A stretch of DNA of 24,000 bases from contig CAZVJF010000001.1 of the NCBI GenBank assembly GCA_964627445.1, positions 296,328 to 320,327 on the forward strand, read 5' to 3'. The notes beneath the pieces were generated by a model. The model was given only the letters and a program-made list of their open reading frames with translations. It had not been told where the DNA came from and ran no database searches. Below are positions 1-9,776 of this stretch, one piece after another; position 1 is the stretch's first letter, and every line of letters begins with the position of its first letter. The stretch is from an uncultured Flavobacteriales bacterium (lineage in GTDB: Bacteria > Bacteroidota > Bacteroidia > Flavobacteriales_D > Luteibaculaceae). Both the position numbers and the translations under genes were made by a program.

Positions 1-1855
1 AATCGTTTCTACCTGTAAGGTTTAAAAATAACCACGACTTGTAGTTAAAAGTAAGATCTGCGTATAAACCATATAGTCTACGAAGTTCTGAATCGCTGGT
101 ATTTACAATACTTTGTGCATTGGCATACGTGTACAGGTCAGTAGCCAACAAGTCACGCCCAATAATGCGTGTAGATTGAAACTTACGCTCATTGACGTTA
201 TGGCCAAAAATCGCATCTACACCAAAATCTTCAGTAAAATCATGGTTTACGTTGATTATTAAGTCAGAGTTTAACGAGTTAAAGAAGTTGTCTCTTACTT
301 CATATTCGCCATTCACTCGTCCCAAAGTCCCCTTGCGCATTATGTTCTCACGTGTATCGGAAAATAGATCTGTACTCAAGCGATACGTAGCTCTAATTTT
401 ATCACTGAACTTATAGTTTACAGTGGCATTACCATAAAAGCGATCTATATCGTTTTGCGTGGTATTGAACTGCGTAACCCAATATGGGTTGTTGGATACA
501 TTATTGCTCTCCAAACCGAAAGCTCTTCCGTCTGGTTGCTCAACATTATTGCGCAACTCTTCGTTTGAAATTGTTCTCGGAACACTATTTATAAGACCAA
601 TTGTTGTAGAAGGATTATTCCCCCCCTGCCTTGGATTACCAAGGGTACTCGACTTCACAAAACTACCTGATACTCTAACATCCAAGCGGTCTGTGAGGTT
701 ACGACCTGCATTGATAGAGAAGGTATTTCTATCTAAGCTGGAGTTGGGCACAATACCAGTTTGCTGAAGGTTGGTGTACGAGAAACGGAAATCACTATTC
801 TCGTCTCCTTGAGCAAAAGCTACTGAGTTAATGTAAGTAGCACCCGTTTCGTAAAAGTTCTTCACGTTATCTGGATATGCTTGCAGGCCGTTAATTGTAT
901 CACCCTTCCAGTCCGGTAGTGGTCCAGTCATGGTGTCGATTCTTGGCCCCCATCCATTTGAAAAATTTACAGGATCATAATCACCCTGATCTCCTTGAGC
1001 ATACTCATTTTGAAAATCGGGAAGACGCAACGGGTTATCAAAACGAACAGAAGAGTTAATGGTAACGCTGGAAGACTTCCCCTTTCCACGCAGACTCTTT
1101 CCAGATTTCGTGGTTATAATAATTGCTCCATTTTTCGCGCGTGAACCGTACAATACCGTAGCTGCCGCACCTTTGAGGACCGTAATATCCTCGATATCAT
1201 CTGGGTTTATGTCTGCGGCCCTGTTACCAACGTCAACACCACCCGTAATGATGTCGTTTCGTGAACCGTTGAAGCCTGAGTTTGATATAGGGTTTCCATC
1301 GACTACAAAGAGCGGCTGGTTATTCCCCGAAAGTGAGGTGGCACCACGTATTATGACTTTGGAACCACCACCTAAAGAACCAGACTGGCTTGTGACCCTT
1401 AGTCCAGCCACTTTTCCCGCCATGGTATTTAAGACGTTAGCATCTCGTGCTTTGGTAGTTTCATCCCCCGATACTGTGGTAACCGCATACCCTAACTCTT
1501 TTTTCTCACGCTGGATAGCGTTTGCGGTAACTACCACTTCATCCAATTCAGTTGAGGAAGGATCCAATTTAACATCCAACATCGTTTGTTCACCGAGTTT
1601 TACCCGCCTTTTGTTAAATCCAATAAAGGAGAAAACAAGAACCTCGTCCTCGGGCCCCACTTTGAGCTCGAATTTTCCTTCCATATCGGTAACGGTACCT
1701 TTGGGTGTATCCCCATCGGTTCGGACGGATACGCCTGGAAGCGTTGAATTGTCTTCTGAGGACGTAACCGTTCCTCGAATGGTTCTATCCTGTGCCCACA
1801 AGGCAGAGCTAAACAGAATGGAACACAGCAAAAGAAATGCTGATAGATGTTTCAT
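1..1855 (-). CDS. SusC/RagA-family TonB-dependent outer-membrane receptor; N-terminal ~618 aa, with the 3' end beyond the left edge of the window
   Basis: It is absent from the supplied track because its stop codon lies outside the window. My reverse-strand translation from the ATG at 1855 reads MKHLSAFLLLCSILFSSALWAQDRTIRGTVTSSEDNSTLPGVSVRTDGDTPKGTVTDMEGKFELKVGPEDEVLVFSFIGFNKRRVKLGEQTMLDVKLDPSSTELDEVVVTANAIQREKKELGYAVTTVSGDE...GGGSKVIIRGATSLSGNNQPLFVVDGNPISN...DIEDITVLKGAAATVLYGSRAKNGAIIITTKSG. That is a signal peptide, a CarboxypepD_reg-like domain and a TonB plug. The frame appears open down to position 1, with beta-barrel-like sequence such as NPYWVTQFNTTQNDIDRFYGNATVNYKF. Confidence 0.85.
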   Translation of the reverse strand, partial: MKHLSAFLLLCSILFSSALWAQDRTIRGTVTSSEDNSTLPGVSVRTDGDTPKGTVTDMEGKFELKVGPEDEVLVFSFIGFNKRRVKLGEQTMLDVKLDPSSTELDEVVVTANAIQREKKELGYAVTTVSGDETTKARDANVLNTMAGKVAGLRVTSQSGSLGGGSKVIIRGATSLSGNNQPLFVVDGNPISNSGFNGSRNDIITGGVDVGNRAADINPDDIEDITVLKGAAATVLYGSRAKNGAIIITTKSGKSLRGKGKSSSVTINSSVRFDNPLRLPDFQNEYAQGDQGDYDPVNFSNGWGPRIDTMTGPLPDWKGDTINGLQAYPDNVKNFYETGATYINSVAFAQGDENSDFRFSYTNLQQTGIVPNSSLDRNTFSINAGRNLTDRLDVRVSGSFVKSSTLGNPRQGGNNPSTTIGLINSVPRTISNEELRNNVEQPDGRAFGLESNNVSNNPYWVTQFNTTQNDIDRFYGNATVNYKFSDKIRATYRLSTDLFSDTRENIMRKGTLGRVNGEYEVRDNFFNSLNSDLIINVNHDFTEDFGVDAIFGHNVNERKFQSTRIIGRDLLATDLYTYANAQSIVNTSDSELRRLYGLYADLTFNYKSWLFLNLTGRND

Positions 1856-2227
1856 AGGTATTGGGTTTAATTAACGTTATCAGTATTGGATTTTTATTTG
1901 GTTTTGAATCCTATACTCAACCGAAATCTAATTAAAATGAATCGGATTTCATAAGACTTGTTAACGATTTAGTAACCCTAAACCTGGATGAAATGAAGAA
2001 TTAAAGGGATGACCGGTAGTTATTCAGGATGAACATTTCCATGAATTTAGCTATCCAACAAATATCATCATGGATTCCTACACCCACCGATACATGGTAG
2101 TTTTAGCGTTTTTTATCCCCGGTTTTGAAACTTATGCCAACAAGGCTACCCTTACCAATCCATTACAAAAATGCAAGACACTCCTCCACACTTATTTAAA
2201 ATGTTTCCATAATTACGAATAGTGCAC

Positions 2228-2253
2228 AAAAAAACCCCAGCCATAGGCTGAGG
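2228..2253 (-). terminator. Rho-independent terminator after groEL
   Basis: The minus strand reads CCTCAGCC-TAT-GGCTGGGG (8-bp stem with one G.U pair) followed by T7. It lies 31 nt downstream of the groEL stop at 2285. Confidence 0.6.
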
Positions 2254-2284
2254 TTTTGTACTTACAGTATATGTTTCTAGTGTT

Positions 2285-3949
<1,665 letters not shown>

Positions 3950-3973
3950 TTAAAACTGAATTGTGAAATGTGC

Positions 3974-4249
3974 TTAAACGATGGCGAAAATATCGGACTC
4001 GCGCATGATAAGGTAGTCTTTACCTTCTACAGATAGCTCTGTACCAGCATACTTACCGTACAATACGCTATCACCAACTTTTACGGTGATGGGCTCATCT
4101 TTTTTCCCATTTCCAACCGCAACTACAGTACCACGCTGTGGCTTTTCTTTCGCTGTGTCTGGGATAATAATTCCGCCTGCTGTTTTTTCTTCAGCAGCAG
4201 CTGGCTCAACCAAAACTCGGTCGCTTAGTGGTTTAACGTTTACTGACAT
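3974..4249 (-). CDS. groES: Co-chaperonin GroES (Cpn10)
   Basis: The 91-aa ORF reads [48 protein letters not shown]...[13 protein letters not shown], a typical GroES. It lies 45 nt upstream of groEL. Confidence 0.97.
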   Translation of the reverse strand: MSVNVKPLSDRVLVEPAAAEEKTAGGIIIPDTAKEKPQRGTVVAVGNGKKDEPITVKVGDSVLYGKYAGTELSVEGKDYLIMRESDIFAIV

Positions 4250-4291
4250 AGTTATTTTTAATTATGAGTTAAATGCAAACGTCAGCAGTAT

Positions 4292-4307
4292 TGCATTATT
4301 TGTGCCA
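4292..4307 (-). promoter_or_regulatory. Candidate sigma-54 (-24/-12) type promoter element upstream of groES; it overlaps a possible sigmaA -33/-7 promoter
   Basis: The minus strand reads gtTTGGCACaaataaTGCAat. The GG and GC dinucleotides are spaced exactly as in the consensus TGGCAC-N5-TTGCW, with one mismatch (A for T before the GC). It lies 43-58 nt upstream of the groES ATG at 4249. Alternative reading: the TTG at 4306-4308 plus gAcgTTTG at 4276-4283, 22 nt apart, form a near-consensus Bacteroidota sigmaA -33/-7 pair. Confidence 0.3.
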
Positions 4308-4349
4308 AACCCCAGAAAGGGCCTCTTGATGGAATTTTTGTCTTTGAGC

Positions 4350-4389
4350 AAAAAAAAATGTCAGTGTATCGCTGACACACTGACATTTT
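4350..4389 (-). terminator. Rho-independent terminator after secG (hairpin flanked by A9 and T4, so potentially bidirectional)
   Basis: ATGTCAGTGT (4358-4367) and ACACTGACAT (4377-4386) form a perfect 10-bp inverted repeat around a 9-nt loop. On the minus strand the hairpin is followed by T9. It starts 27 nt after the secG stop at 4414. Confidence 0.65.
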
Positions 4390-4413
4390 CTATAGAATAT
4401 CTACTGCTAAATG

Positions 4414-4710
4414 CTACTGCACCGGTGGCGCTTGTTGCTGACCTTGTGGGAGCTCATCTCTAAACGTTTCTACTTCATCGCTTGCACCGGAACCAGAGTT
4501 CATCGATGCAACCAAACTAAGCACCACAATAAAAATGGCTAAGCCCCAAGTAGCCTTTTCTAAAAAGTCGGTTGTTTTTTGAACACCACCCAACTGACTG
4601 GCCGATCCAAAGCTTGAGTCCAACCCACCCCCTTTAGGGTTTTGAATAAGAATAACCAATGCCAGCAATAAGCAAGCAACTATGATAAGTACAAAAAGGA
4701 CGGTATTCAT
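4414..4710 (-). CDS. secG: Preprotein translocase subunit SecG
   Basis: The 98-aa ORF reads MNTVLFVLIIVACLLLALVILIQNPKGGGL...TTDFLEKATWGLAIFIVVLSLVAS. It has two TM helices and the NPKGGG motif typical of SecG. Confidence 0.9.
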   Translation of the reverse strand: MNTVLFVLIIVACLLLALVILIQNPKGGGLDSSFGSASQLGGVQKTTDFLEKATWGLAIFIVVLSLVASMNSGSGASDEVETFRDELPQGQQQAPPVQ

Positions 4711-6590
4711 GATTTCTTTTTCTCTTTAACTTCCAAAATTCGGTCGGCAAAGTAACTGCTTTTTTCTGGATAATTCAATGCAAGCTGCTCGTAGGTGCGT
4801 ATGGCCTTCTCGCGCTCGCCTTGCTGGGCGTATATCTTAGCCAAAGTCTCGGTTACATAGCTTTCCGAGTCTTCTATACTTTTTTTCCCCAAGGTAACCG
4901 GGTTAAAAAAGGCCGTTTTACCTGGATGCTCCTCAGGCGGTTTTGATATTCTGGGATTGGTATTGATGAAGCTTTCTATGATTTCGGCCGGGTTTTTATT
5001 GCCCTCGATACCCGCTTCAGCCCCAGACGCGTCCTCTTCCTTGATTTCAGCATCCAAAGTATGTTGGACTTGTTGCTCGGCTGGCTTCATCTCATCCTCT
5101 TTTTGCGCTGCCCCTCTTTCTTTAGGGGATGGAGAAGATGAATGCTCTGATACGGCATTAGCCCACCCCCCGCTCTGCTGCTGAGCAATCCAATCTGCCA
5201 AACTGGTTGCTGGCTTCGTAGTTGCAACAACGGGCGTCTCTTCCTCTTGCGACATTGCAACCGGTGCTTCTTGGGAATTTTCTAATTTCTCCTCTGCTTG
5301 TTCTTCATCCTGCAGCGCCTGCTTTAGTTGCGCTGCATGCATGGCTTCGTTTGCCAAAAGTTGATCTAAAAACTCTCTATCTTTTTTTATGCTTTCCGCA
5401 TCTTCCTCACCTTGGGTATGCAGTTTTGGCTCTTTTACTTTAAATTTTGCTTTCGCCTTTTTCTTTTTGGCTTTCTTTTTTTGCTTGCGCATTTGCTTTT
5501 GCTCGTCTTCTTCAGTTTTTTCTGGAAAACCTTTCATCTCAAAGCCACTAGGCTCCACCTGGGTTTCTAGTTCTAAATCAAGATCGTCTCCTGCCCAAGA
5601 CCCAAAGGCTACACCAAGGTCTTCCCTTGGATTAAAGTCATCGGCTAAAGACTTCTGACCAATAGAAAAGTGATGCCCTGCTTCTTCCTGGCTTTCCTCC
5701 TTATCAGGCGATAACGATTCGGAATCAGGTGGTGCAGGTATCCATGTATTACCAAATGGTGCCGAAATTTTAATTACAGGTTCGGGTTCCTTCGGTGCGT
5801 TCTCAGATTCTGGGTTTTCACCCAAGGTATCCGCAGCACCAGACCGTTGCTCCTTGTTGTAATCCGACTCGCTCGCTGCTTTAGACCATTGCTGCTTTTG
5901 CTGGCTATCTATTTTCTCTACGCCAGAATAATCAAAGGGAACCCTACCCGATTGCCCATCATTTTTTTCCAAACGATCTTCAAATTCATTTTCTCCATAG
6001 GGATCCGTAACCTGGATTTCAGAGTCATCCACACCCTCATTGCTTTCATCAATGTAGGTATCTAAACTCTGCCATTTGGATAGTTCCTTCTGCTCTTCGG
6101 CATCCATCTTATCGCCACGAACCGAATCTAGGGGAACATCTTGTTCCAAATCGGTGTCATCTTCCGGCTGTGCTTCTGCAGCAGAAGATTCGTCACGCTC
6201 TTGGTCGCTATCGGTACTTTCAACCGAAGCAAAGGAACCAAACTCCTGAGTCTCGTTTAAAACCCATGGACTCAACTCCATGCCATCGGCACTGTCAACG
6301 GATTTTTCACCTTCTTCGGAGTCAAAGAAAACCGCTTCTTGCGAACTGGATGTGGGCAACGAATCGCTCAGCCATTGTTGCAAAACGTATCTATTGCCAA
6401 CATATACCGCCTTCTCGTTTACTGCCTGGTGTTGCAAGTCTTCATTAAACCGGCCCTGCGCCTTAAGCAACAGCATATGCCCCAAAGAGAAATACGGATG
6501 GCGCTCCAAAATAGCTTCCAGCGCTTCCATATCCGCATTGGTAATTCTATGCGGTTCGTTTAATAGCGTATGAAACCTGCTTTTATCCAT
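4707..6590 (-). CDS. Large acidic, low-complexity protein of unknown function with a conserved N-terminal helical segment and a C-terminal TPR-like module
   Basis: This is an uninterrupted 627-aa ORF. The N-terminus reads LLNEPHRITNADMEALEAILERHPYFSLGHMLLLKA. The C-terminus reads SYVTETLAKIYAQQGEREKAIRTYEQLALNYPEKSSYFADRILEVK, which is TPR-like. The middle ~450 aa is rich in E/D/S/Q, with one basic patch (KQMRKQKKKAKKKKAKAKFKVK). The stop overlaps the secG start as ATGA (4707-4710). Confidence 0.8.
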   Translation of the reverse strand: MDKSRFHTLLNEPHRITNADMEALEAILERHPYFSLGHMLLLKAQGRFNEDLQHQAVNEKAVYVGNRYVLQQWLSDSLPTSSSQEAVFFDSEEGEKSVDSADGMELSPWVLNETQEFGSFASVESTDSDQERDESSAAEAQPEDDTDLEQDVPLDSVRGDKMDAEEQKELSKWQSLDTYIDESNEGVDDSEIQVTDPYGENEFEDRLEKNDGQSGRVPFDYSGVEKIDSQQKQQWSKAASESDYNKEQRSGAADTLGENPESENAPKEPEPVIKISAPFGNTWIPAPPDSESLSPDKEESQEEAGHHFSIGQKSLADDFNPREDLGVAFGSWAGDDLDLELETQVEPSGFEMKGFPEKTEEDEQKQMRKQKKKAKKKKAKAKFKVKEPKLHTQGEEDAESIKKDREFLDQLLANEAMHAAQLKQALQDEEQAEEKLENSQEAPVAMSQEEETPVVATTKPATSLADWIAQQQSGGWANAVSEHSSSPSPKERGAAQKEDEMKPAEQQVQHTLDAEIKEEDASGAEAGIEGNKNPAEIIESFINTNPRISKPPEEHPGKTAFFNPVTLGKKSIEDSESYVTETLAKIYAQQGEREKAIRTYEQLALNYPEKSSYFADRILEVKEKKKS

Positions 6591-6591
6591 G

Positions 6592-7101
6592 TTACCAGCT
6601 GCCCACTGAGGCGTTAAATATTTCTTGGAGTAACTGATCGGTAATTTCTTCCGACAAACCCTCTTCTACCGTTGTAAAATTTTGTCCCGACTCAAAATCT
6701 ACAAATCTTGAAAATCGTTTCTCAAAGTTCTTTTCGGGTTCATATTTATTAAAGTAGGTAACTTCCACGTCTATAGTAAAACGATCTAAGGCCGCTGTTT
6801 GGTTACCCTGAGCCGCTACTGGTGTAGTTTCGTACCGCACAATGCTACCTGAAAAACGAATATCGCCATTGCGTTTTACAATATCTAATGGGGTTTGCGC
6901 CAACATTAAATCTTTTAGAGACTCCGTAAATGCCTGGTTGTAGGTGGGTGGCACCAAAGCTGCACTGCTGGTAAAAAAATCTACCGAAAAGGTTTTGGCA
7001 TCGGCAGGAATATCGGCTCCCGAGAAGGAATACGATACCCTGCAGTCTTGCAACAAAACCGCCAATACCAGCACCGCTATATATTTTAATGCGCTCTGCA
7101 T
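6592..7101 (-). CDS. lptE: LptE-family lipoprotein (LPS-assembly lipoprotein-like)
   Basis: The 169-aa ORF has a signal peptide ending in a lipobox-like LLQDC (Cys20). It then reads YSFSGADIPADAKTFSVDFF...GDIRFSGSIVRYETTPVAAQGN...FTIDVEVTYFNK...IFNASVGSW, the pattern I recognise from Bacteroidota LptE-family proteins. The assignment is from memory of the family, not from a search. Confidence 0.65.
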   Translation of the reverse strand: MQSALKYIAVLVLAVLLQDCRVSYSFSGADIPADAKTFSVDFFTSSAALVPPTYNQAFTESLKDLMLAQTPLDIVKRNGDIRFSGSIVRYETTPVAAQGNQTAALDRFTIDVEVTYFNKYEPEKNFEKRFSRFVDFESGQNFTTVEEGLSEEITDQLLQEIFNASVGSW

Positions 7102-7104
7102 GAA

Positions 7105-8331
7105 TTAATTCAAATCGTATTCCTTAATCTTTCTGTACAGCGTACGCTCCGATATTCCCAACTCCTTAGCTGCACTTTTCCTTTTATTGTTGTGCTTGGC
7201 CAAGGCCTTTTGAATTAGGTCTTTCTCCGTATCCACCAAACTGTAGCGTTCCTCCACTTCTTCGTGTCTATCAAAATCGCTAGCCTCGCTTTTGGGTGGA
7301 AGTTGAAGCGGTGAGGAAGGTGCTGCCTCGCGATAACTCTCTGGCGCATGACCCTCGTAGTAGCTTACGGCATCTGAACTGTACGCAGCACGTTCTGCCA
7401 TATTGCCCTGTAAGATCAAGTGCTTCAGCTCGCTCATTTCCTTCTTGAGATCAAAAAGCACCTTGTACAAAAGCTCCCGCTCAGAAAAAGACTCTTTCCC
7501 CTCTTTTTGCTCCTGCGATAACACCATAGGAACTTGTTTCTTGTAAGAGGGCGGCAAATACTTTTCTAAGGTAGCAGCATCCACTTCGCGCTCCTGTTCC
7601 AGAATAGATATTTGCTCAGTAATATTCTTTAACTGACGGATATTTCCGGGCCAGCTGTATCGCAGCAAAATATCCACCGCATCGGGCAACAGTTGTATGG
7701 GAGGCATGCGGTATTTGTCCGAAAAATCGGCCGCAAACTTGCGAAACAAAAGATGGATATCCTCACCGCGTTTACGTAGGGGTGGAATTTCTATGGGCAC
7801 CGAGTTTAAACGGTAATACAAATCCTCGCGAAACTTGCCTTTATGAATGGCTTCGCTCATATCCTCGTTGGTAGCGGCTATAATGCGCACATCGGTTTTG
7901 TGCACCTTGGAGCTTCCAACGCGCATGTACTCTCCGGTTTCCAACACCCTCAGCAAACGAACCTGGGTTTGCTGAGGCAATTCTGCAACCTCATCCAAGA
8001 AAATACTGCCGCCATTCGCCTCTTCAAAATAGCCCTTACGGCTATCTGTGGCACCCGTAAAGGAGCCCTTTTCGTGCCCAAACAGCTCGCTATCAATAGT
8101 TCCTTCGGGTATGGCTCCGCAGTTTACCGCAATGTATGGGTTGTGCTTTCGGTGCGAGTACTGGTGAATAATTTGCGGCATCACCTCTTTTCCCGAACCA
8201 CTTTCTCCACTGACAAAAACAGATATATCGGTAGGCGCTACTTGCTTGGCTACCTCCAATGCCCGCAACAATAAGGGGTGCTCGCCAATAATGCCAAAGC
8301 GTTGTTTTATTTGATGAATTTCTGGATTCAT
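7105..8331 (-). CDS. Sigma-54-dependent transcriptional activator (bacterial enhancer-binding protein) lacking an N-terminal sensor or receiver domain
   Basis: The AAA+ sigma-54 interaction domain starts about 15 aa from the N-terminus. Motifs seen: Walker A GESGSGKE, ELFGHEKGSFTGA (GAFTGA motif), Walker B SIFLDEV, and WPGNIRQLKN. The C-terminus carries a Fis-type HTH (AAKELGISERTLYRKIKEY). I place the start at ATG 8331 ([18 protein letters not shown]), which overlaps the miaB stop as TAATG. The longer track ORF (start 8370) would overlap miaB by 40 nt. Confidence 0.9.
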   Translation of the reverse strand: MNPEIHQIKQRFGIIGEHPLLLRALEVAKQVAPTDISVFVSGESGSGKEVMPQIIHQYSHRKHNPYIAVNCGAIPEGTIDSELFGHEKGSFTGATDSRKGYFEEANGGSIFLDEVAELPQQTQVRLLRVLETGEYMRVGSSKVHKTDVRIIAATNEDMSEAIHKGKFREDLYYRLNSVPIEIPPLRKRGEDIHLLFRKFAADFSDKYRMPPIQLLPDAVDILLRYSWPGNIRQLKNITEQISILEQEREVDAATLEKYLPPSYKKQVPMVLSQEQKEGKESFSERELLYKVLFDLKKEMSELKHLILQGNMAERAAYSSDAVSYYEGHAPESYREAAPSSPLQLPPKSEASDFDRHEEVEERYSLVDTEKDLIQKALAKHNNKRKSAAKELGISERTLYRKIKEYDLN

Positions 8332-9749
8332 TATTTTACCAAGGTTCCAATTAAGGTTGCAGCCGTACAACGGTGCACGTGTACGTTCACATAATCGCCA
8401 GGTTGGGTATGTTCTTTAGGAAAAACCACCACGGTATTCTGCGAAGTTCTACCGAAATTCTCGTCTTTGTTTTTCTTGGATACGCCTTCTACCAATATTT
8501 TGTAGGTTTTTCCAACCATAGCCTCGTTGCGCAACAATGAGTGCTTCATTTGGAGGTCTACAATTTCTTTGAGTCTACGGCTTTTTACTTCCTCCGGCAC
8601 ATCATCCTCGTATTTGCGCTCAGCCAACGTTTTTGGGCGCTCCGAGTATTTATACATGTACGCGAAGTCGTATTTCACTTCTTCCATCAGGCTCAAGGTC
8701 TCTTGATGTTCTTCCTCGGTTTCTCCGCAAAAACCGGTTATAATGTCGGTGCTTATCGCACAGTCTGGAATGTATTTATTGATGGCTTCAATACGGTTCA
8801 TGTACCACTCACGGGTGTAGCCACGGTTCATTTTCTTCAACACATCGCTATTCCCCGACTGCACAGGCAAGTGAATGTAATTGCAAATATTCTCGTACTT
8901 CGCCATTACCTTGAGCACGTCATCGGTCATGTCTTTGGGGTGGGATGTAGAGAAGCGAATACGCAACTCTGGGCTCACCTGCGCTACCATTTCCATAAGG
9001 CGCGCAAAGCTTACCACCTCTTCATCTGGGTTAATGACTTCGCCCTTTTTGGTGATGTTCCAACGGTAAGAGTCTACATTCTGCCCCAGTAAGGTAACCT
9101 CTTTGTAGCCTTTATCCACCAGCTCTTGTGCTTCAGCAACAATGCTTTTCGGATCGCGGCTACGCTCTCTTCCACGTGTAAAAGGCACTACGCAGAACGT
9201 GCACATGTTATCGCATCCACGCATTATAGATACAAAAGCAGTAACGCCGTTCGAGTTGAGTTTTACAGGACTAATGTCTGCGTAGGTCTCCTCGCGACTT
9301 AGTAGCACGTTTACCGCTTTTTGACCTTCCTCCACCTCATTGAGTAGCGTTGGAATATCGCGATACGCATCGGGTCCCACTACCAGGTCTACCAGCTTTT
9401 CTTCTTCGAGTAATTGCGATTTTAAACGTTCGGCCATACAACCCAAAACGCCCACTTTCAGAGCTGGGTTATTGCGCTTTAGCCGCTTAAAATGGTCTAG
9501 GCGATTGCGTACCGTTTGCTCTGCCTTGTCGCGAATAGAACAGGTATTCACCAAGATTAAATCCGCGTTATCAATTTCCGATATAGTTTCGTAACCGTGC
9601 TCATTGAGAATGGATGCCACAATTTCACTGTCCGAGAAATTCATTGCGCAACCGTAGCTCTCTAAAAATAGTTTCTTAGAACCCTTATTTCCTTCTACCA
9701 TAGTGGCAGTACCTTGTTCCTCCTCTGCCAACATTTGCTTCTCCTGCAT
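8331..9749 (-). CDS. miaB: tRNA-2-methylthio-N6-dimethylallyladenosine synthase MiaB (radical SAM methylthiotransferase)
   Basis: The N-terminal UPF0004 domain reads [19 protein letters not shown]...[15 protein letters not shown]. The radical-SAM cluster motif is [21 protein letters not shown]. The C-terminal TRAM domain reads [15 protein letters not shown]...[12 protein letters not shown] prefer the start at ATG 9749 (MQEKQ...). The track start at 9788 is a GTG that would overlap the candidate -7 box. Confidence 0.92.
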   Translation of the reverse strand: MQEKQMLAEEEQGTATMVEGNKGSKKLFLESYGCAMNFSDSEIVASILNEHGYETISEIDNADLILVNTCSIRDKAEQTVRNRLDHFKRLKRNNPALKVGVLGCMAERLKSQLLEEEKLVDLVVGPDAYRDIPTLLNEVEEGQKAVNVLLSREETYADISPVKLNSNGVTAFVSIMRGCDNMCTFCVVPFTRGRERSRDPKSIVAEAQELVDKGYKEVTLLGQNVDSYRWNITKKGEVINPDEEVVSFARLMEMVAQVSPELRIRFSTSHPKDMTDDVLKVMAKYENICNYIHLPVQSGNSDVLKKMNRGYTREWYMNRIEAINKYIPDCAISTDIITGFCGETEEEHQETLSLMEEVKYDFAYMYKYSERPKTLAERKYEDDVPEEVKSRRLKEIVDLQMKHSLLRNEAMVGKTYKILVEGVSKKNKDENFGRTSQNTVVVFPKEHTQPGDYVNVHVHRCTAATLIGTLVK

Positions 9750-9768
9750 ATCCAATAAAGCCTTTTTG

Positions 9769-9776
9769 CAAAAGTA
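9769..9776 (-). promoter_or_regulatory. Candidate Bacteroidota sigmaA -7 box for the miaB operon
   Basis: The minus strand reads TACTTTTG, an exact match to the TAnnTTTG -7 consensus. It ends 19 nt upstream of ATG 9749. A TTG lies 22 nt further upstream, inside the palindrome at 9796-9808. Confidence 0.35.

Noticed and set aside
1059-1874. 271-aa plus-strand ORF, the longest track entry at the left end; also 192-416 and 459-767
   Set aside because: The sequence is low-complexity, rich in S/P/T/V, with no recognisable motifs. It lies exactly antisense to a clear SusC/RagA receptor reading frame that is missing from the track only because its stop lies outside the window.
4250-4349. Search for a CIRCE/HrcA operator (TTAGCACTC-N9-GAGTGCTAA) upstream of groES
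   Set aside because: No match or near match on either strand of the groES leader.
4086-4463. 125-aa plus-strand ORF spanning the groES 5' end, the intergenic region and the secG 3' end
   Set aside because: It runs antisense through two confident genes, a terminator hairpin and a promoter region. It has no protein-like features.
4957-6573. Eight plus-strand ORFs of 72-97 aa opposite the 627-aa acidic protein gene
   Set aside because: They are short, mutually overlapping and of biased composition, mirroring the GAA/GAT-rich coding strand. The single unbroken 1.9-kb minus-strand frame is the far better explanation.
8332-8370. Longer N-terminal extension of the sigma-54 activator (track start 8370, [13 protein letters not shown])
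   Set aside because: It would overlap the miaB C-terminus by 40 nt. The ATG at 8331 gives the classic TAATG stop/start junction and still precedes the AAA+ domain.
7843-9594. Plus-strand ORFs 7843-8274 (143 aa), 8541-9092 (183 aa), 8881-9069 and 9340-9594
   Set aside because: They are antisense to the sigma-54 activator and miaB, both of which show unambiguous family motifs. The antisense translations show none.
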